Shown: in pieces, positions 10,914-22,170 of the stretch | Numbering within the stretch: the stretch's first letter is position 1 | Layout of the letters: each line of letters begins with the position of its first letter | DNA from: an uncultured Desulfosarcina sp. | Lineage (GTDB): Bacteria > Desulfobacterota > Desulfobacteria > Desulfobacterales > Desulfosarcinaceae | Direction of reading: 5' to 3' | Assembly (NCBI GenBank): GCA_963674945.2 | Contig: CAXXWQ010000004.1 | Coordinates: 1,312,001-1,376,000, forward strand | Length of the DNA stretch: 64,000 nucleotides | Program-made: the position numbers and the translations under genes | Notes under the pieces: generated by a model | Told to the model about the DNA's origin: nothing | Databases searched by the model: none | Seen by the model: the letters and a program-made list of their open reading frames with translations, nothing else

Positions 10914-11097
10914 TGGGCAGCCCCATGGAGACCCGAGAAAACCGGCATCGGGTCTCCAACGAATTATTCACTATATCCCAAGCGCCATCAGTGCCTATGC
11001 CGATGAAGATATCAACACATAATCGCAACTTGATGAAGAGTGCAGACAAGCTTTCAGTATCCATAATTTCAAAGTAGCCTACTTTTACATGATATTA

Positions 11098-11579
11098 TTA
11101 CCGAACCCGTACCCAGCCAGCAACGCCATTGTGCGGACAATGACAAAATCCATGATATTGTTCTATTGCCTCGGGTAGATATCGTATGAAATCAAACATC
11201 GCCGGCCCTCCCGGGAGTGTGGTGAGAACATTGAGAAAAGCGATGATCTTCCCGGAGCTGTCCCGCGCCACCGCCACGGGATTCCGCTGGAGATATCCCG
11301 ACGAAGAGTAGCAGGGGCTGAACTGCATTCCACGTCCCCCTTGGAGGCCAGCCAGGAATCGCCAACTTCATGCAACGGATCATTCGTTTCCTCCGAAAAC
11401 GGTGGCACCATATACGCATATGTGACTTCAGCCCGTTCCATCACGTTTATTGTTCGTCTCAATCCGGCATTCCTGCCACCTTTAGGCGTAAAGCCGCCAA
11501 GCGGCAGGACCGCTTCTTCCGCAACTTTCATGAAATGGTATCTGAGGTCATGCAGATGACTTTTATCAATCAAGTGCAC
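11098..11579 (-). pseudogene. Frameshifted fragment of MprF-type aminoacyl-phosphatidylglycerol synthase C-terminal domain (DUF2156-like)
   Basis: KVAEEAVLPLGGF..LRRTINVMER..DSWLASK, then in another frame YLQRNPVAVARDSSGKIIAFLN..FDFIRY. Confidence 0.65.
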
Positions 11580-11688
11580 AATTATAGCCGTTGACGGGAT
11601 TCGTATCCATGCATGATTTCCAGAAACGATTTAGAGGAAACCATGTCATCGTTTGAAGGTGCTAAAGCGAAAAGAACGACCCACGATA

Positions 11689-14133
11689 TTACATCAGGTA
11701 GAAAAGATATGTCATCGAAACCAGTATGACGATGTAGATGACGGCCAGCCCGCCGCCGATTTTCACATAGTCACTGGTTCGGTATTCGCCGGGTCCCATG
11801 TAAAGCGCGTTCACCTGATGGGTCGGCAGGATGAATGAGTTAGACACCCCAAGACCGACGACAATGGCTGCCACCCGCGGGTCGACACCGATCTGACTGG
11901 CAATGGAAATTCCCAGGGGAATGAGAAGTGTGCAGGCACCCACATTGGAAATGACCATTGTGAACCCGCAACTTAAAGTGGCCAGAAGGATCAGAAGCAG
12001 CAGCGGGTTCATCAAGGGCCCGAAGGCGGCGACAATACCTCTGGCCATCCATCCTGCCGTACCGGTCTGATCCATCGCCATTCCCAACGGGATAAGCCCT
12101 CCAAGCAGAAAAACGGTACGCCAATCGACCGCACGGTAAGCCTCATTGATGGATATGACCCGCGTGAGAACCATACCAACGGCACCCAGCATGAGACAGA
12201 CCGAAAGGGGTATTGGATTGTATGGCCGGGTTTGAAAGTAGAAGCTCGACAGCATCATCAAGCCCAACGTCACCATGAAGCAGATCAATGCCCAAACGGA
12301 TTTTTCGGGTTTGTGAAATTCCTCTTCAAACGGTGTAATAATGATAAAGTTCCGGTGAAGCTCTTCCAGTGCGTGCAGTTGCTCCCATGTGCCGTGCAAC
12401 AGCACCGCATCACCGGCCTTTAGCGGCCGGTCGGCCAATTGCCTGTAGAATGCTTTCCCCGACTGATGAATGGCGAGGGCATTCAGGCCAAAGTTCTCCC
12501 GAAAACGAATTTCCTTGATGGTTTGCCCGATAAGGCTGGATCGGGGCGATACCACGCCTTCGACGATTCCCGCCAGGGAGGGATTGAACATGTTGTTTTT
12601 AAAATATACCGGTCCTTCCTTCAGTTCCAGTCCGTAGGTGACAGTGAACCTCTTGACAGCTTTCATGGGACCATAGACACACAGAAAGTGCCCTGGCTGG
12701 AGCACCGTCTCGGGAATCGGGGCAACTTCACACCTGCCTTCCGTTTCGGTATGCGCCACGATGTTCACCAGGTACTGCCTTCGTATTTGTGCAATCGTTA
12801 TAGGAAGTTTTCCCGGACGGAAGTCTTCGGGAACATGAATCTCGAAGGGTCCCTTGATCAGCGGGTATTCGTCAAGAATGCCGTTTCCCGTGCCATCGAT
12901 GGGTTTGCTTTGCGTACGGGACGACTCTTCTTCAAGTTTCGACAGAGTACCCAAACCCACCGTTGAAAGATAGGCAATCCCACCGATGACCAGTGCAAAA
13001 CCGATTGGCGTCAGCTCCAGAAAAGCGAATTTCGGCATCCCGGGAGGAAGAATGTCGTTAAGAAGAATCAGGGGGCTGGTGCCGATCATGGTCAGGGTGC
13101 CCCCGAGAATGGCCGACATGCCGATGGGCATAAGCACTCGTGAAATCGGGATTTTCAGGCGGTAAGAGGTGACCAGTCGAATGGCGGGCAGGAAAAGAAC
13201 GGCGGCGCCGGTATTTTGCATTACGCTGGAGATAACCGCGATGAGACCGGAAAACACGATCGTCAGCCGTCGTGAACTACTTCCTAAGTATTGCAGCAGC
13301 GGTTGAAGAATACGATTGACCAGGCCGGCGCGGTTCAATCCATAGCTGATGATCATCACACCGATAATCGCCACGACGGCGTTGCTGCTGAGGCCTTTAA
13401 ACGTGTCCTGGGCATTGAGCAGGCCCAGCTCGGGAAGCAGTACCATCATCACGATGGCGACAACATCCACACGCACCCACTCAACGATAAAGAGAAAAAC
13501 AGCCACTGCGATGATCGTCAGCATCAACACCTTGGTTTTCAGATGCGTGTCGACTTGAAAGGGCAGGCGGTAGACACCCATATCCTGATTCTTGCGACCA
13601 TCCGCGTCGATCAGCTCGCCATAGATGTCCATCCAGAAAGAGTGACTGCCCGCGTTGGTTCTTGAATTGACGATGTATTTCACATCCGCGCGCAATGGCT
13701 GTGCATCGGAGCCACCGGGAAGATCGAATTTTACCAGAATATGGTGGTAGGGCCTGTCCGGGTTATCACTGTCGATGAACGCAATTCCGCTCGATTCCGG
13801 AACGGCAATATAAATGACCAGTGGCACCGCTGCTTTCCGGTCCCAGCGCACCTGTCTGCCAGCGGCGTTCTCCGGTATCTTCAGCCGTGCTTCCAGTTCA
13901 AAACTGCCGGATTCACCGGCGATCAGGGTCTTAAGGGGACGCTTCATCTGCACATCAATATATTCAGGCATCCGGGAGGGAGCGATACGGCCAGCGGTGA
14001 TCATCGGTTGCGGTAATGGGAGCGTAGCGGTTGGTGTACCCCGGTTTCCTTGGGTAGAGAAAGAAATACCGGGGATAAGAACCACTGAAACGGTGAAACA
14101 TGCAATCCACAAAAGTCGTTTTGAGATCTGCAT
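11689..14133 (-). CDS. SLC13/CitMHS-type permease with TrkA-C (RCK_C) domains and an extra N-terminal soluble domain
   Basis: EWVRVDVVA, SSVMQNTGA, GGTLTMIGT, RCK_C-like SSLIGQTIKEIRFRE, PTHQVNALYMGPGEY. Confidence 0.88.
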   Translation of the reverse strand: MQISKRLLWIACFTVSVVLIPGISFSTQGNRGTPTATLPLPQPMITAGRIAPSRMPEYIDVQMKRPLKTLIAGESGSFELEARLKIPENAAGRQVRWDRKAAVPLVIYIAVPESSGIAFIDSDNPDRPYHHILVKFDLPGGSDAQPLRADVKYIVNSRTNAGSHSFWMDIYGELIDADGRKNQDMGVYRLPFQVDTHLKTKVLMLTIIAVAVFLFIVEWVRVDVVAIVMMVLLPELGLLNAQDTFKGLSSNAVVAIIGVMIISYGLNRAGLVNRILQPLLQYLGSSSRRLTIVFSGLIAVISSVMQNTGAAVLFLPAIRLVTSYRLKIPISRVLMPIGMSAILGGTLTMIGTSPLILLNDILPPGMPKFAFLELTPIGFALVIGGIAYLSTVGLGTLSKLEEESSRTQSKPIDGTGNGILDEYPLIKGPFEIHVPEDFRPGKLPITIAQIRRQYLVNIVAHTETEGRCEVAPIPETVLQPGHFLCVYGPMKAVKRFTVTYGLELKEGPVYFKNNMFNPSLAGIVEGVVSPRSSLIGQTIKEIRFRENFGLNALAIHQSGKAFYRQLADRPLKAGDAVLLHGTWEQLHALEELHRNFIIITPFEEEFHKPEKSVWALICFMVTLGLMMLSSFYFQTRPYNPIPLSVCLMLGAVGMVLTRVISINEAYRAVDWRTVFLLGGLIPLGMAMDQTGTAGWMARGIVAAFGPLMNPLLLLILLATLSCGFTMVISNVGACTLLIPLGISIASQIGVDPRVAAIVVGLGVSNSFILPTHQVNALYMGPGEYRTSDYVKIGGGLAVIYIVILVSMTYLFYLM

Positions 14134-14210
14134 AATAAAAAATATATCACAGAAAGGCTGAAGTCAGAAAGGCCGGATACAACCTTTTTGAATCCAATCA
14201 TCATGGAAAA

Positions 14211-16133
14211 TCATTTCAACATAGGGGAATGGCTGCGTTGCGCCTTCTCCTGCCCATGACTGCGCACCACCATCACCGGGATATCGATGGCGTGGCGCAC
14301 GGTAGATACGGTCTGCCCGAAAACAATATCATCCATGCCGCGATGACCGTGGGATCCCATGATCAACATATCAATACCGGCGGCGTTTACTGCTTCGACG
14401 ATCTGTTCGGCCGGACGGCCATAGCGTAGCGAAAACTCCACGGAAAGGTCCGCATCTTCAATTTCCCGTGCCAGATGCATAAGATAGGACTCGTCTTCTG
14501 AACTGTGCAGACTCCGACTCTCCTCACCCAGCATGAGTGTGCCCGGGGTGTCGACCACATGTAGCAGGGTGATCCGAGCAAGATGTCCCCGCGCTTCGGC
14601 GATGGCGGCAGAAAGGATCGCCCCATCGCCGTCAGCATGCTGCAGACACACCCCGATATGCCGTATCCGAACCGGTCTGATCGAATTGGCGACATCGCCG
14701 GCATCGGTGGTGATATCACTCTCCCACTGCCGGCCGGCACGAAAGAAAAGAGGGATCGTAATGCCGACCAGTACCCACATGACAATCCCGATGGGAATCA
14801 GGACAACGGAACATATCCAGAAAGGACACGCGGCGAGCCATCCGGTCAGAGCGTCAAAAACCAGTTTCAGATTCAGGGCGAGGACAACGGCGGCGATCAC
14901 CGAGGCTGCGACGGTAACCCAAACGCGATTTGCAAAGACGCCCATCTTTCCCGGATCGGACGTAAAATGGATCAGTGGAATCATGGCAAATGGCAGTTGC
15001 AGACTGAGCACTACCTGGGAAAAAAGTAACAAACGGTAAAGACCGTTGTCGCCGGACAGTGCGATGACGATGGTTGCCGGTACCAAAGCCAGTCCGCGGG
15101 TCACCAGACGTCTCATCCAGGGCTGCATGCGCAGGTTGAGAAATCCTTCCATGACGATCTGTCCGGAAAGCGTTCCGGTGATGGTCGAACTCTGACCGGC
15201 GGCCAGCAACGCCACGGCAAAGGCGAGCGGTGCCAGTTTGGAGCCCAACACACCATCGAGCAACGTGTGCGCTTGCTGGATCTCGGTTACCAGAATTCCT
15301 CTGCTGTGAAAGTCCGCTGCTGCCATTACGAGAATGGCGGCGTTTACAAAAAATGCAGCATTGAGCGCCACCACTGAATCGATCAGGTTGAACCGGCAAG
15401 CTTCCCGCTTGGCGGTGACCGTGTCGGAGACGGCCCGCGACTGTACCAGCGAGGAGTGCAGGTAGAGATTGTGAGGCATTACCGTGGCACCGATCATTCC
15501 GATGGCCACGTAAAGGGCCTAAGAATTCAGATGGGGAACGAATCCCCCGGCGATTCCCCCCCAATCCGGCCTGGCGAGATAGACTTCAATGAAGAAACAG
15601 GAGCCGATGGTCGCCACCAGCATGACGATTAAGGCTTCCATCTTTCGCATGCCCAACCGCTGAAGAGCCAGAAGCAAAAACGTGTCCAGAGCGGTCACGG
15701 CGCATCCCCAAAGCAATGGCAGTCCAAACAGCAGGTTTAAACCGACGACGGTACCCAATATTTCAGCCAGATCGGTGGCCGCGATGGCGATTTCAGCCAA
15801 CACCCAAAGGAAGAAGTTGATCGAAGGACGATATTCTCGACGGCATCCCTGGGCCAAATCCAATCCGGTAACGATTCCCAGCCGGGCGCTTAAGGTCTGC
15901 AGAACCACTGCCATGACGTTGGACATCAGCAGCACCCAGATGAGCATGTAACCGAAACGGGCGCCGCCCTCGATGTCCGTGGCCCAGTTACCCGGATCCA
16001 TGTATCCTACACTGACCAGGTAGGCCGGCCCTACAAAAGCAATCAGTCGATGGAGGTTGTTCTTTTTCTTAACGTCGATCTTCGCTCTGATACTACCGTT
16101 CCCAATCTGACCAATCGCATTGGAAGTATACAT
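14211..16133 (-). pseudogene. mntH: Nramp Mn2+/Fe2+ transporter fused to a C-terminal USP domain, interrupted by one in-frame TAG (15519-15521)
   Basis: YMDPGNW and GATVMPHNLYLHS motifs in the same frame (..PHLNS*ALYVAIG..); USP tail IMGSHGHRG..FGQTV. Confidence 0.9.
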
Positions 16134-16168
16134 GAGCCCTGAATCTCCGTTTTAGAATGAAAACATGT

Positions 16169-16591
16169 CTACTGACGACAAGTCTGTCCACTTGCTGTTG
16201 AGAACAGCTCGGGGTACAGCTTCTCTTTGCACTCGGGGCAGATGGAGTGGGAAAACTGTACCTTGGAATGGCTGCTGAAATATGTCTCGATCTGCTCCCA
16301 CTGGTCTCGGATACGAATCTTCTTACAATTGGCACAAATGGGAAGAAATCCCTCCAATACCCGGATGTGTTGGATCATACGCCTGAAAAAAAACAATTCG
16401 ATCCCCATGACCAAACTAAACATGATCAACTCGATCCATATTTCACCGGTCCGTTGATGCCAGGTGGTTGCAGCGTCATGGAACAAAAAATGGGGCAGAT
16501 CAAAGACTTCATTGGTTATGGTCAGCAAAAAGAACAGAAATAGAACGATAAATTGCCAAATCAAAACCCATCGTATCTGTTGGCTTCTCAT
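16169..16591 (-). CDS. Small membrane protein with C-terminal Cys/His motif
   Basis: Two TM segments, then LPICANCKKIR...FSHSICPEC..KLYP. Confidence 0.7.
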   Translation of the reverse strand: MRSQQIRWVLIWQFIVLFLFFLLTITNEVFDLPHFLFHDAATTWHQRTGEIWIELIMFSLVMGIELFFFRRMIQHIRVLEGFLPICANCKKIRIRDQWEQIETYFSSHSKVQFSHSICPECKEKLYPELFSTASGQTCRQ

Positions 16592-16634
16592 GTGGCTCCT
16601 CTTATTACGATTGCGACAAAGAACGAATAGCTGC

Positions 16635-17099
16635 TCACTGAACGAAGGCCGTCACGTTGACCCCCATATGATACACCAACTGCCCCCCCAGATAGGCGGT
16701 CGTCAGCAATCCGGCGATCCCCACCAGTCCAGGCAACTCGGCCAGCCAACCGCGCACACCGCGCAACGGATATTTCCGCCAGATGGCAAGCCACCGAATG
16801 AGAAGGTGCAACTTGAAAATGATAATAGTGGTCACGGCTGCGACTTCATGGGTTTCAATCGGGCCTATGGGGAAACCGGTGGCCACGGCTTTGTCCGAGG
16901 CGATATCACCGAACACTGCGGCCACAATCGCAATCACACTCCCTGCCAAAAGACTGTAAGAAGCGACCATGGGCCATCGCAGGCGGGCGCTCATATCACC
17001 ACCACGGATCAGGACGGCCACGGAAATGGTTCCGGCACAGATCCATAAAACGATTGGAAAGTGCACCAGCATTGGATGGATGTCAGTAATTGCAATCAT
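16635..17099 (-). CDS. DUF2231-like membrane protein
   Basis: HPMLVHFPI N-terminal motif, YLGGQLVYHMGV C-terminal motif, four TM segments. Confidence 0.8.
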   Translation of the reverse strand: MIAITDIHPMLVHFPIVLWICAGTISVAVLIRGGDMSARLRWPMVASYSLLAGSVIAIVAAVFGDIASDKAVATGFPIGPIETHEVAAVTTIIIFKLHLLIRWLAIWRKYPLRGVRGWLAELPGLVGIAGLLTTAYLGGQLVYHMGVNVTAFVQ

Positions 17100-17865
17100 G
17101 GGTCACCTCCTTTTTCATCGTATCGGCCTGATGCACAGGAATAGAACAGCTGATGCGATGGATCATGTAACTTGTTTCAATCTGGTTTAAAATTGCCTTG
17201 AGTAGGATAGTTCGATCTTCTGTCATATCAATCTTCGGCAGGATAAAGACCGTTAGCAGGTCGGGATTTCGCCGGGGTGAACAAAAGGTTTGCAATCCAT
17301 TACCGTGCTGGCCGTCGAGGATGGCACGGTTGCCCAATGTTGCGGACGGAAGTCTTTGATCGGATCGTGTAACTGCGTGTTCATAAACGGTCTGTCTGTC
17401 GTGACGGTCGATCATTCGCACGACAAGCCAGGGGGCGACGGCTACGGTCATGGCTTTTGTCGCCAACTGATCGACCAGTTTTTTGAGTTCCCGTCGGCTC
17501 TGTGGATAGCATTGCACATCACAAACGACAGACTCGATTTCCTGAATTTCAACATTTACTGTGCCGATATAGTTGAAGGCTTCGGCCAATCGGGAAACCA
17601 GTCTGGACTTCTCCTTTCCGGCATGTTCTGCAATCTTCTTGTATGCTTTTAAGGTGTGCATGAAACTTCTTAGAATAATGAAAGAAATTACGAAAAGTGC
17701 CAGAATGAGGAGTGTCTCAAAGGTCTCCTCTTCGATGATATATCGATGGGTAAAGGGAATTCCGTTCCGAATCATCAGTGGCGTGGCGACGACGCAAAGG
17801 AAAAGTGAAATAAGAAGAAGTACATAAAAACCAATGAGAATATTTTGCTTTTGTATGGTTTTCAT
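17083..17865 (-). CDS. Hypothetical membrane protein
   Basis: 260-aa ORF with two N-terminal TM segments and GGAGG RBS. Confidence 0.6.
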   Translation of the reverse strand: MKTIQKQNILIGFYVLLLISLFLCVVATPLMIRNGIPFTHRYIIEEETFETLLILALFVISFIILRSFMHTLKAYKKIAEHAGKEKSRLVSRLAEAFNYIGTVNVEIQEIESVVCDVQCYPQSRRELKKLVDQLATKAMTVAVAPWLVVRMIDRHDRQTVYEHAVTRSDQRLPSATLGNRAILDGQHGNGLQTFCSPRRNPDLLTVFILPKIDMTEDRTILLKAILNQIETSYMIHRISCSIPVHQADTMKKEVTHDCNY

Positions 17866-17934
17866 ACGACCTCCGATAAAAGCTGCAAAGACGATTCAAT
17901 TCATGAAAATCCACATAACCAAATTGAGTCTTTG

Positions 17935-20454
17935 TCACACATGGGCATCCCGATGGGTATGATGGGGTGCCAAGGGAGCGTGCACCGTTTCCAGAAACTG
18001 CTCATGCCGGTGGCCTTGCATGTTGAAGTGGCTGTAAACCAACGTCTTGGCCCAGTCGGTAAAAAAGGCCCAAACGATCGAATACCCCCAGATCAGGCCG
18101 ATTTCCGTCCAGCGGATAGGGGTGATCAATCCGAACCCGTAGGCTGCCAGTAAGGTGCCGGCAATTTTTGTAGCCAGTGCAGACCATATCATCACCGGTG
18201 CAGGATAGGGTTTTTTGAGGAAAAAGCCCTTGCTGCGGGCCACAAACAGCGTGAGGTGACCGGAAACGGCCATTTTTAGAAAGATGTACGTTTGAACCTG
18301 AGAAATGCTCAGATGCAAAATATTCAGTGCGATGTAAAGCATGAAGAAGCTACCGACCACGCCTGTCAGTCCCATGACCGACGAAACGGCGATAATGCGG
18401 TGCATGTCCCAGCGTACCGGTTTCGGTTCCAGTCCGGTATGATCATAGGCAATGGTCATGATCGGAATGTCGTTGAGAAAAGCCAGAAGGATGATCATGA
18501 TGGCCGTAATGGGATAGAAATTGAACACAATCATCGCCAGTACAACGAAAATCATGATCCGGATCGTCTCCGTGATGCGATAGATGGCGTAGCTGTTCAT
18601 CCGTTCGAAAATCCGGCGAGCCTCCTCCACGGCGCGCACGAGCACCGACAGTCCCGGTGCGGTCAGCACCAGATCGGCTGCCGCCCTGGCCGCATCGGTG
18701 GCCCCGCTGACGGCAACGCCCACATCGGCCTGCTTGAGTGCCGGTGCATCGTTGACACCGTCACCGGTCATGCCGACGATGTGCCCTTTGTCCTGGAGGG
18801 CTTTGACGATGGAAAATTTGTGTTCGGGAAAGACCTGGGCAAAGCCGTCTGTCGCCTCGGTTTGTTCGGCCAAGTCATCATCTGCCGTACTTTTCGTTTC
18901 ACGGAAAAGCTGATCCGCTTTCCGGATATTCTTTCCAAGCCCGAGCGTACCAGCAATTTCCCGGGCAATTGCCAGGTTGTCACCGGTAACCATCTTGACT
19001 TGAATACCGTGGGATTTTGCCTGGGAAATGGTCTCGGCCGAATCCTCTCTCGGTGGATCAAATAGCGGCAGAATCCCCAGCAGCTGCCAGGGGCCGTCCT
19101 CTCCGATGGAACGCGCCACACCTAACGTTCGTTGGCCCTTCTCGGCCAGATCGTCGACTACGGCTTCGACTTTCTCACGCATTGGACGATCGATGTCGGC
19201 CAGATCCATGATTACCTGTGGTGCACCCTTGCTGACCCGTAACGTCCGGCCCGTTGCATCCCGGACCGTTGCCTGTGTCCGTTTTCCCACAGGATCGAAC
19301 GGTACGAAAGAGAGTTGTTCAAAATCATCTAGTTGGCGAGGATTCTTCACCGCTTCGATCATGGCCGAATCGATGCTATCATTGTTCTCAGCCTTGGATG
19401 CCAGGGCCGCAGTCAAAATCAGATCATCGATAGGAAACGACTCAAATGTTCTCGGCTTTCCCAGAGTCAGACGATTCTGGGTCAGCGTACCGGTTTTATC
19501 CAAGCAGAGGATATCCATCCCCGCCATTTCCTCTACCGATTCCAGACGAGAGACGATGGCTTTCATCTTGGATAGCGCCAACGCCCCTACCGCCATGGTC
19601 ACCGAGAGCACAGCCGGCATGGCCACAGGTATCGATGCGACGGTAAGAATCAACGCGAACTGGAGCAGTTCGGTGAGACTGGCCCCACGGAAAAGCTGCA
19701 CGACAACGAGGACCGCCACCAGCCCGAGACTCAGATAAATCAGGTAGTCTCCGATTTGCAGGACCGCTTTTTGAAAATGGGATGCCTTGCCGGCTCCGGC
19801 CACCAGTCTGGCTGTTCGGCCGAAGTAGGTCTCGGCGCCGGTGGTCGTGACGAGGGCGATCATCTCACCTTGTTTGGCAATGGAGCCTGAGTAGACGACA
19901 TCGTCTTTTTCCTTTCCGGCCGGCAGGGATTCACCGGTAAGGGCCGACTGGTCTACGCTCAGGTAATCGCCGTCGATCAATTTGGCATCGGCTGGAATGA
20001 TGTCGCCGGCCCGCAGGCGGATGATGTCACCGGGAACCAGCTCACGGGAATTCAGCATTTGCCAGCGCCCGTCACGCAGCACCCGGCTTTCAAGGGCCAA
20101 CTTTTTTTTGAGGGCGGCAACCGCATTCCCGGCCTGGTATTCCTGCCAGAACCCAACGGCGGCATTGAACAGAAGCAACGCGACAATGATGCCAAAATCG
20201 ACCCAATGATGAACCACCAAAGAAAGGATTGCCGCCGCTTCGATCATCCACGGAATCGGTCCCCACAAGTATCCCAGAAATTCCAGTATGGGATTGGTCG
20301 TTTTTTCCTTGATCTCGTTGGCACCGACCTGCGCCAGCCGCCTCTTGGCATCGTCCTGGGAGAGCCCCTGCCGGCTTGCATGCAGCGTTTCCATCAATTC
20401 ATCGGCAGAAATCTGCCGCGCAACCTTTGTCTCTATCTGCCTTGTTTCTACCAT
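17935..20454 (-). CDS. Plasma-membrane-type proton-efflux P-type ATPase (P3A)
   Basis: WGPIPWMIE, LTGES, IPVAMPAV, DKTGTLT, KGAP, DPPR, TGDGVNDAPALK, LNDIPIMTIAYD (conserved TM6 Asp). Confidence 0.93.
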   Translation of the reverse strand: MVETRQIETKVARQISADELMETLHASRQGLSQDDAKRRLAQVGANEIKEKTTNPILEFLGYLWGPIPWMIEAAAILSLVVHHWVDFGIIVALLLFNAAVGFWQEYQAGNAVAALKKKLALESRVLRDGRWQMLNSRELVPGDIIRLRAGDIIPADAKLIDGDYLSVDQSALTGESLPAGKEKDDVVYSGSIAKQGEMIALVTTTGAETYFGRTARLVAGAGKASHFQKAVLQIGDYLIYLSLGLVAVLVVVQLFRGASLTELLQFALILTVASIPVAMPAVLSVTMAVGALALSKMKAIVSRLESVEEMAGMDILCLDKTGTLTQNRLTLGKPRTFESFPIDDLILTAALASKAENNDSIDSAMIEAVKNPRQLDDFEQLSFVPFDPVGKRTQATVRDATGRTLRVSKGAPQVIMDLADIDRPMREKVEAVVDDLAEKGQRTLGVARSIGEDGPWQLLGILPLFDPPREDSAETISQAKSHGIQVKMVTGDNLAIAREIAGTLGLGKNIRKADQLFRETKSTADDDLAEQTEATDGFAQVFPEHKFSIVKALQDKGHIVGMTGDGVNDAPALKQADVGVAVSGATDAARAAADLVLTAPGLSVLVRAVEEARRIFERMNSYAIYRITETIRIMIFVVLAMIVFNFYPITAIMIILLAFLNDIPIMTIAYDHTGLEPKPVRWDMHRIIAVSSVMGLTGVVGSFFMLYIALNILHLSISQVQTYIFLKMAVSGHLTLFVARSKGFFLKKPYPAPVMIWSALATKIAGTLLAAYGFGLITPIRWTEIGLIWGYSIVWAFFTDWAKTLVYSHFNMQGHRHEQFLETVHAPLAPHHTHRDAHV

Positions 20455-20531
20455 TGTCCTACTCCTACTATCGCTTGCCATTTCTTCTAAATGGTTCGGC
20501 TCATGCCACAAACGCCGCTCAATCTTCTCAT

Positions 20532-20969
20532 CTATTTTACCAGCATGAGTGTTGCCGGGAGTTTCCGAATGATTTCATCGTTGGTCCTGCCGAACAAAAA
20601 GTGTTCCAGACGTCCTTCACGATGTGCCAGCATGAGTATCAGATCCACGTTTTTGTCTTCAACTGCCTGACGTATGGCATCGACGGGATTCCCGTCTTTC
20701 ACCCATTCGTTGACGACCATTCCTTCCGCCCTTTCGGCCCTGACCAGACGATGCAGTTCGTCCCGGGCCTTGGTGACCATGGTTTTGTATTCTTCGTCCA
20801 AAGACGGTACCGGAAGATTCCAACCGTTCACATTGAAGGGGTCGTGAATGATATGCATAACATGCAACCGGGCGTCGAATTTACGAGCCAGGGCGATTCC
20901 GGTACGCAGCACTTTGATGCAATGCTCAGTAGAACGACTGACAACGAGAATGTTATTAAATGATTCCAT
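20532..20969 (-). CDS. Universal stress protein
   Basis: NILVV..., GNPVDAI, DLILM, FLFGRT USP pattern. Confidence 0.85.
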   Translation of the reverse strand: MESFNNILVVSRSTEHCIKVLRTGIALARKFDARLHVMHIIHDPFNVNGWNLPVPSLDEEYKTMVTKARDELHRLVRAERAEGMVVNEWVKDGNPVDAIRQAVEDKNVDLILMLAHREGRLEHFLFGRTNDEIIRKLPATLMLVK

Positions 20970-21369
20970 GGCGGTCTCCTTTCGTTGCTGTGCACCGGTA
21001 ATTTCGGTGCACTGGGTCGGCGAGGACGGTGGTAACGATTTCTTCGAACTCCTTGCTCTTGCTTAAAAAATAATCCGCTCCAAATTTTTGACACTGCTCG
21101 CGATGTTTGGCATCGTCGAGATTGGTAAGCATGATAACCACCATCTTCGGGTATTTGATTTTAAACGTTTTGAGCAGGTCGATGCCACTTTGGCCGGGTA
21201 AAAAGATGTCAAGAACGACGGTGTCCGGTCTTATCCGTTCGACAGCATCGAGGGCATCGGGGCCGCTGCCGGCCTCGCCGACGATCCGGATTTTATCGGA
21301 TTCTGTAAGGAACTCGGCGATCCGTTTGCGGATCTGAGAAGAATCGTCGATGATGAATACTTTTTTCAT
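20956..21369 (-). CDS. Stand-alone response regulator receiver protein
   Basis: FIIDDS, VLDIFLP, MLT, FLSK. Confidence 0.88.
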   Translation of the reverse strand: MKKVFIIDDSSQIRKRIAEFLTESDKIRIVGEAGSGPDALDAVERIRPDTVVLDIFLPGQSGIDLLKTFKIKYPKMVVIMLTNLDDAKHREQCQKFGADYFLSKSKEFEEIVTTVLADPVHRNYRCTATKGDRHGII

Positions 21370-21537
21370 TGGCCTGCTCCTTGTTCGTTAGGCCAATGAT
21401 AAGACGGGAAGGCTTGTGGAAAAATCGGCGAATCTCTGATCTTGGTGTCGGCGGGAATCGAAAGATCGTGTCGGTGTTTGTCCGACACAGAAAAGATTTC
21501 AATCGTGCGAATCGGCTATAATCCGGATGGATGCGAC

Positions 21538-22170
21538 CTAATCCACCAGACCATTTTGCACCGCATAGTGAATCAACTCGGCATTGTTGTGGAGATGCAT
21601 CTTCTCCAGAATGCGGGTTCGGTAGGTACTTACTGTCTTTACGCTCAAGGCAAGGCTGTCGGCGATCTGAGAAACAGTCTTACCGGCGCCGATCTGGCAG
21701 AGTACCTGGTATTCACGATCCGAAAGGGTTTCGTGAGGCAGTTTGCTTGTATCCTCGTCCAAAGCGAAAGCAATCTTTTCTGCCAGGGACTGACTGATGT
21801 ACTTGCCCCCGCGATGCACCTTGCGGATGGCCTCGACCAGTTCTTCGTCTGCGCTTGCCTTGGTCAGATAGCCGGAGGCCCCTGCCTTGAGTATTCTCAG
21901 TGCGTACTGGGATTCAGGATGGATGGTAAGGATGACCACCGGAATATGGGGCTTGTCTATCTTGAGCTGTTTGAGAACGTCCAGGCCATCCATACCCGGC
22001 ATGGTCAGATCGAGAAGGATCACATCAAAATCCCTCTCTCGCACCTGTTTCAACAATGCATTGCCATTGGCGGCCTCGCCGACAACGGTGATACCTGTTT
22101 CCTCACTGATGATCTGTTTCAAACCGGCACGTACGATGGGATGATCGTCGGCGATGATAACCTGGATCAT
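21538..22170 (-). CDS. NarL/LuxR-family response regulator
   Basis: ADDHPIVRAG receiver plus LSDREYQVL..LSVKTVSTYR HTH. Confidence 0.95.
   Translation of the reverse strand: MIQVIIADDHPIVRAGLKQIISEETGITVVGEAANGNALLKQVRERDFDVILLDLTMPGMDGLDVLKQLKIDKPHIPVVILTIHPESQYALRILKAGASGYLTKASADEELVEAIRKVHRGGKYISQSLAEKIAFALDEDTSKLPHETLSDREYQVLCQIGAGKTVSQIADSLALSVKTVSTYRTRILEKMHLHNNAELIHYAVQNGLVD

Noticed and set aside
10804..11064. Possible PP2C/SpoIIE fragment (IGTDGAWD)
   Set aside because: The match is too short and overlaps hsp20 on the opposite strand, so it cannot be supported.
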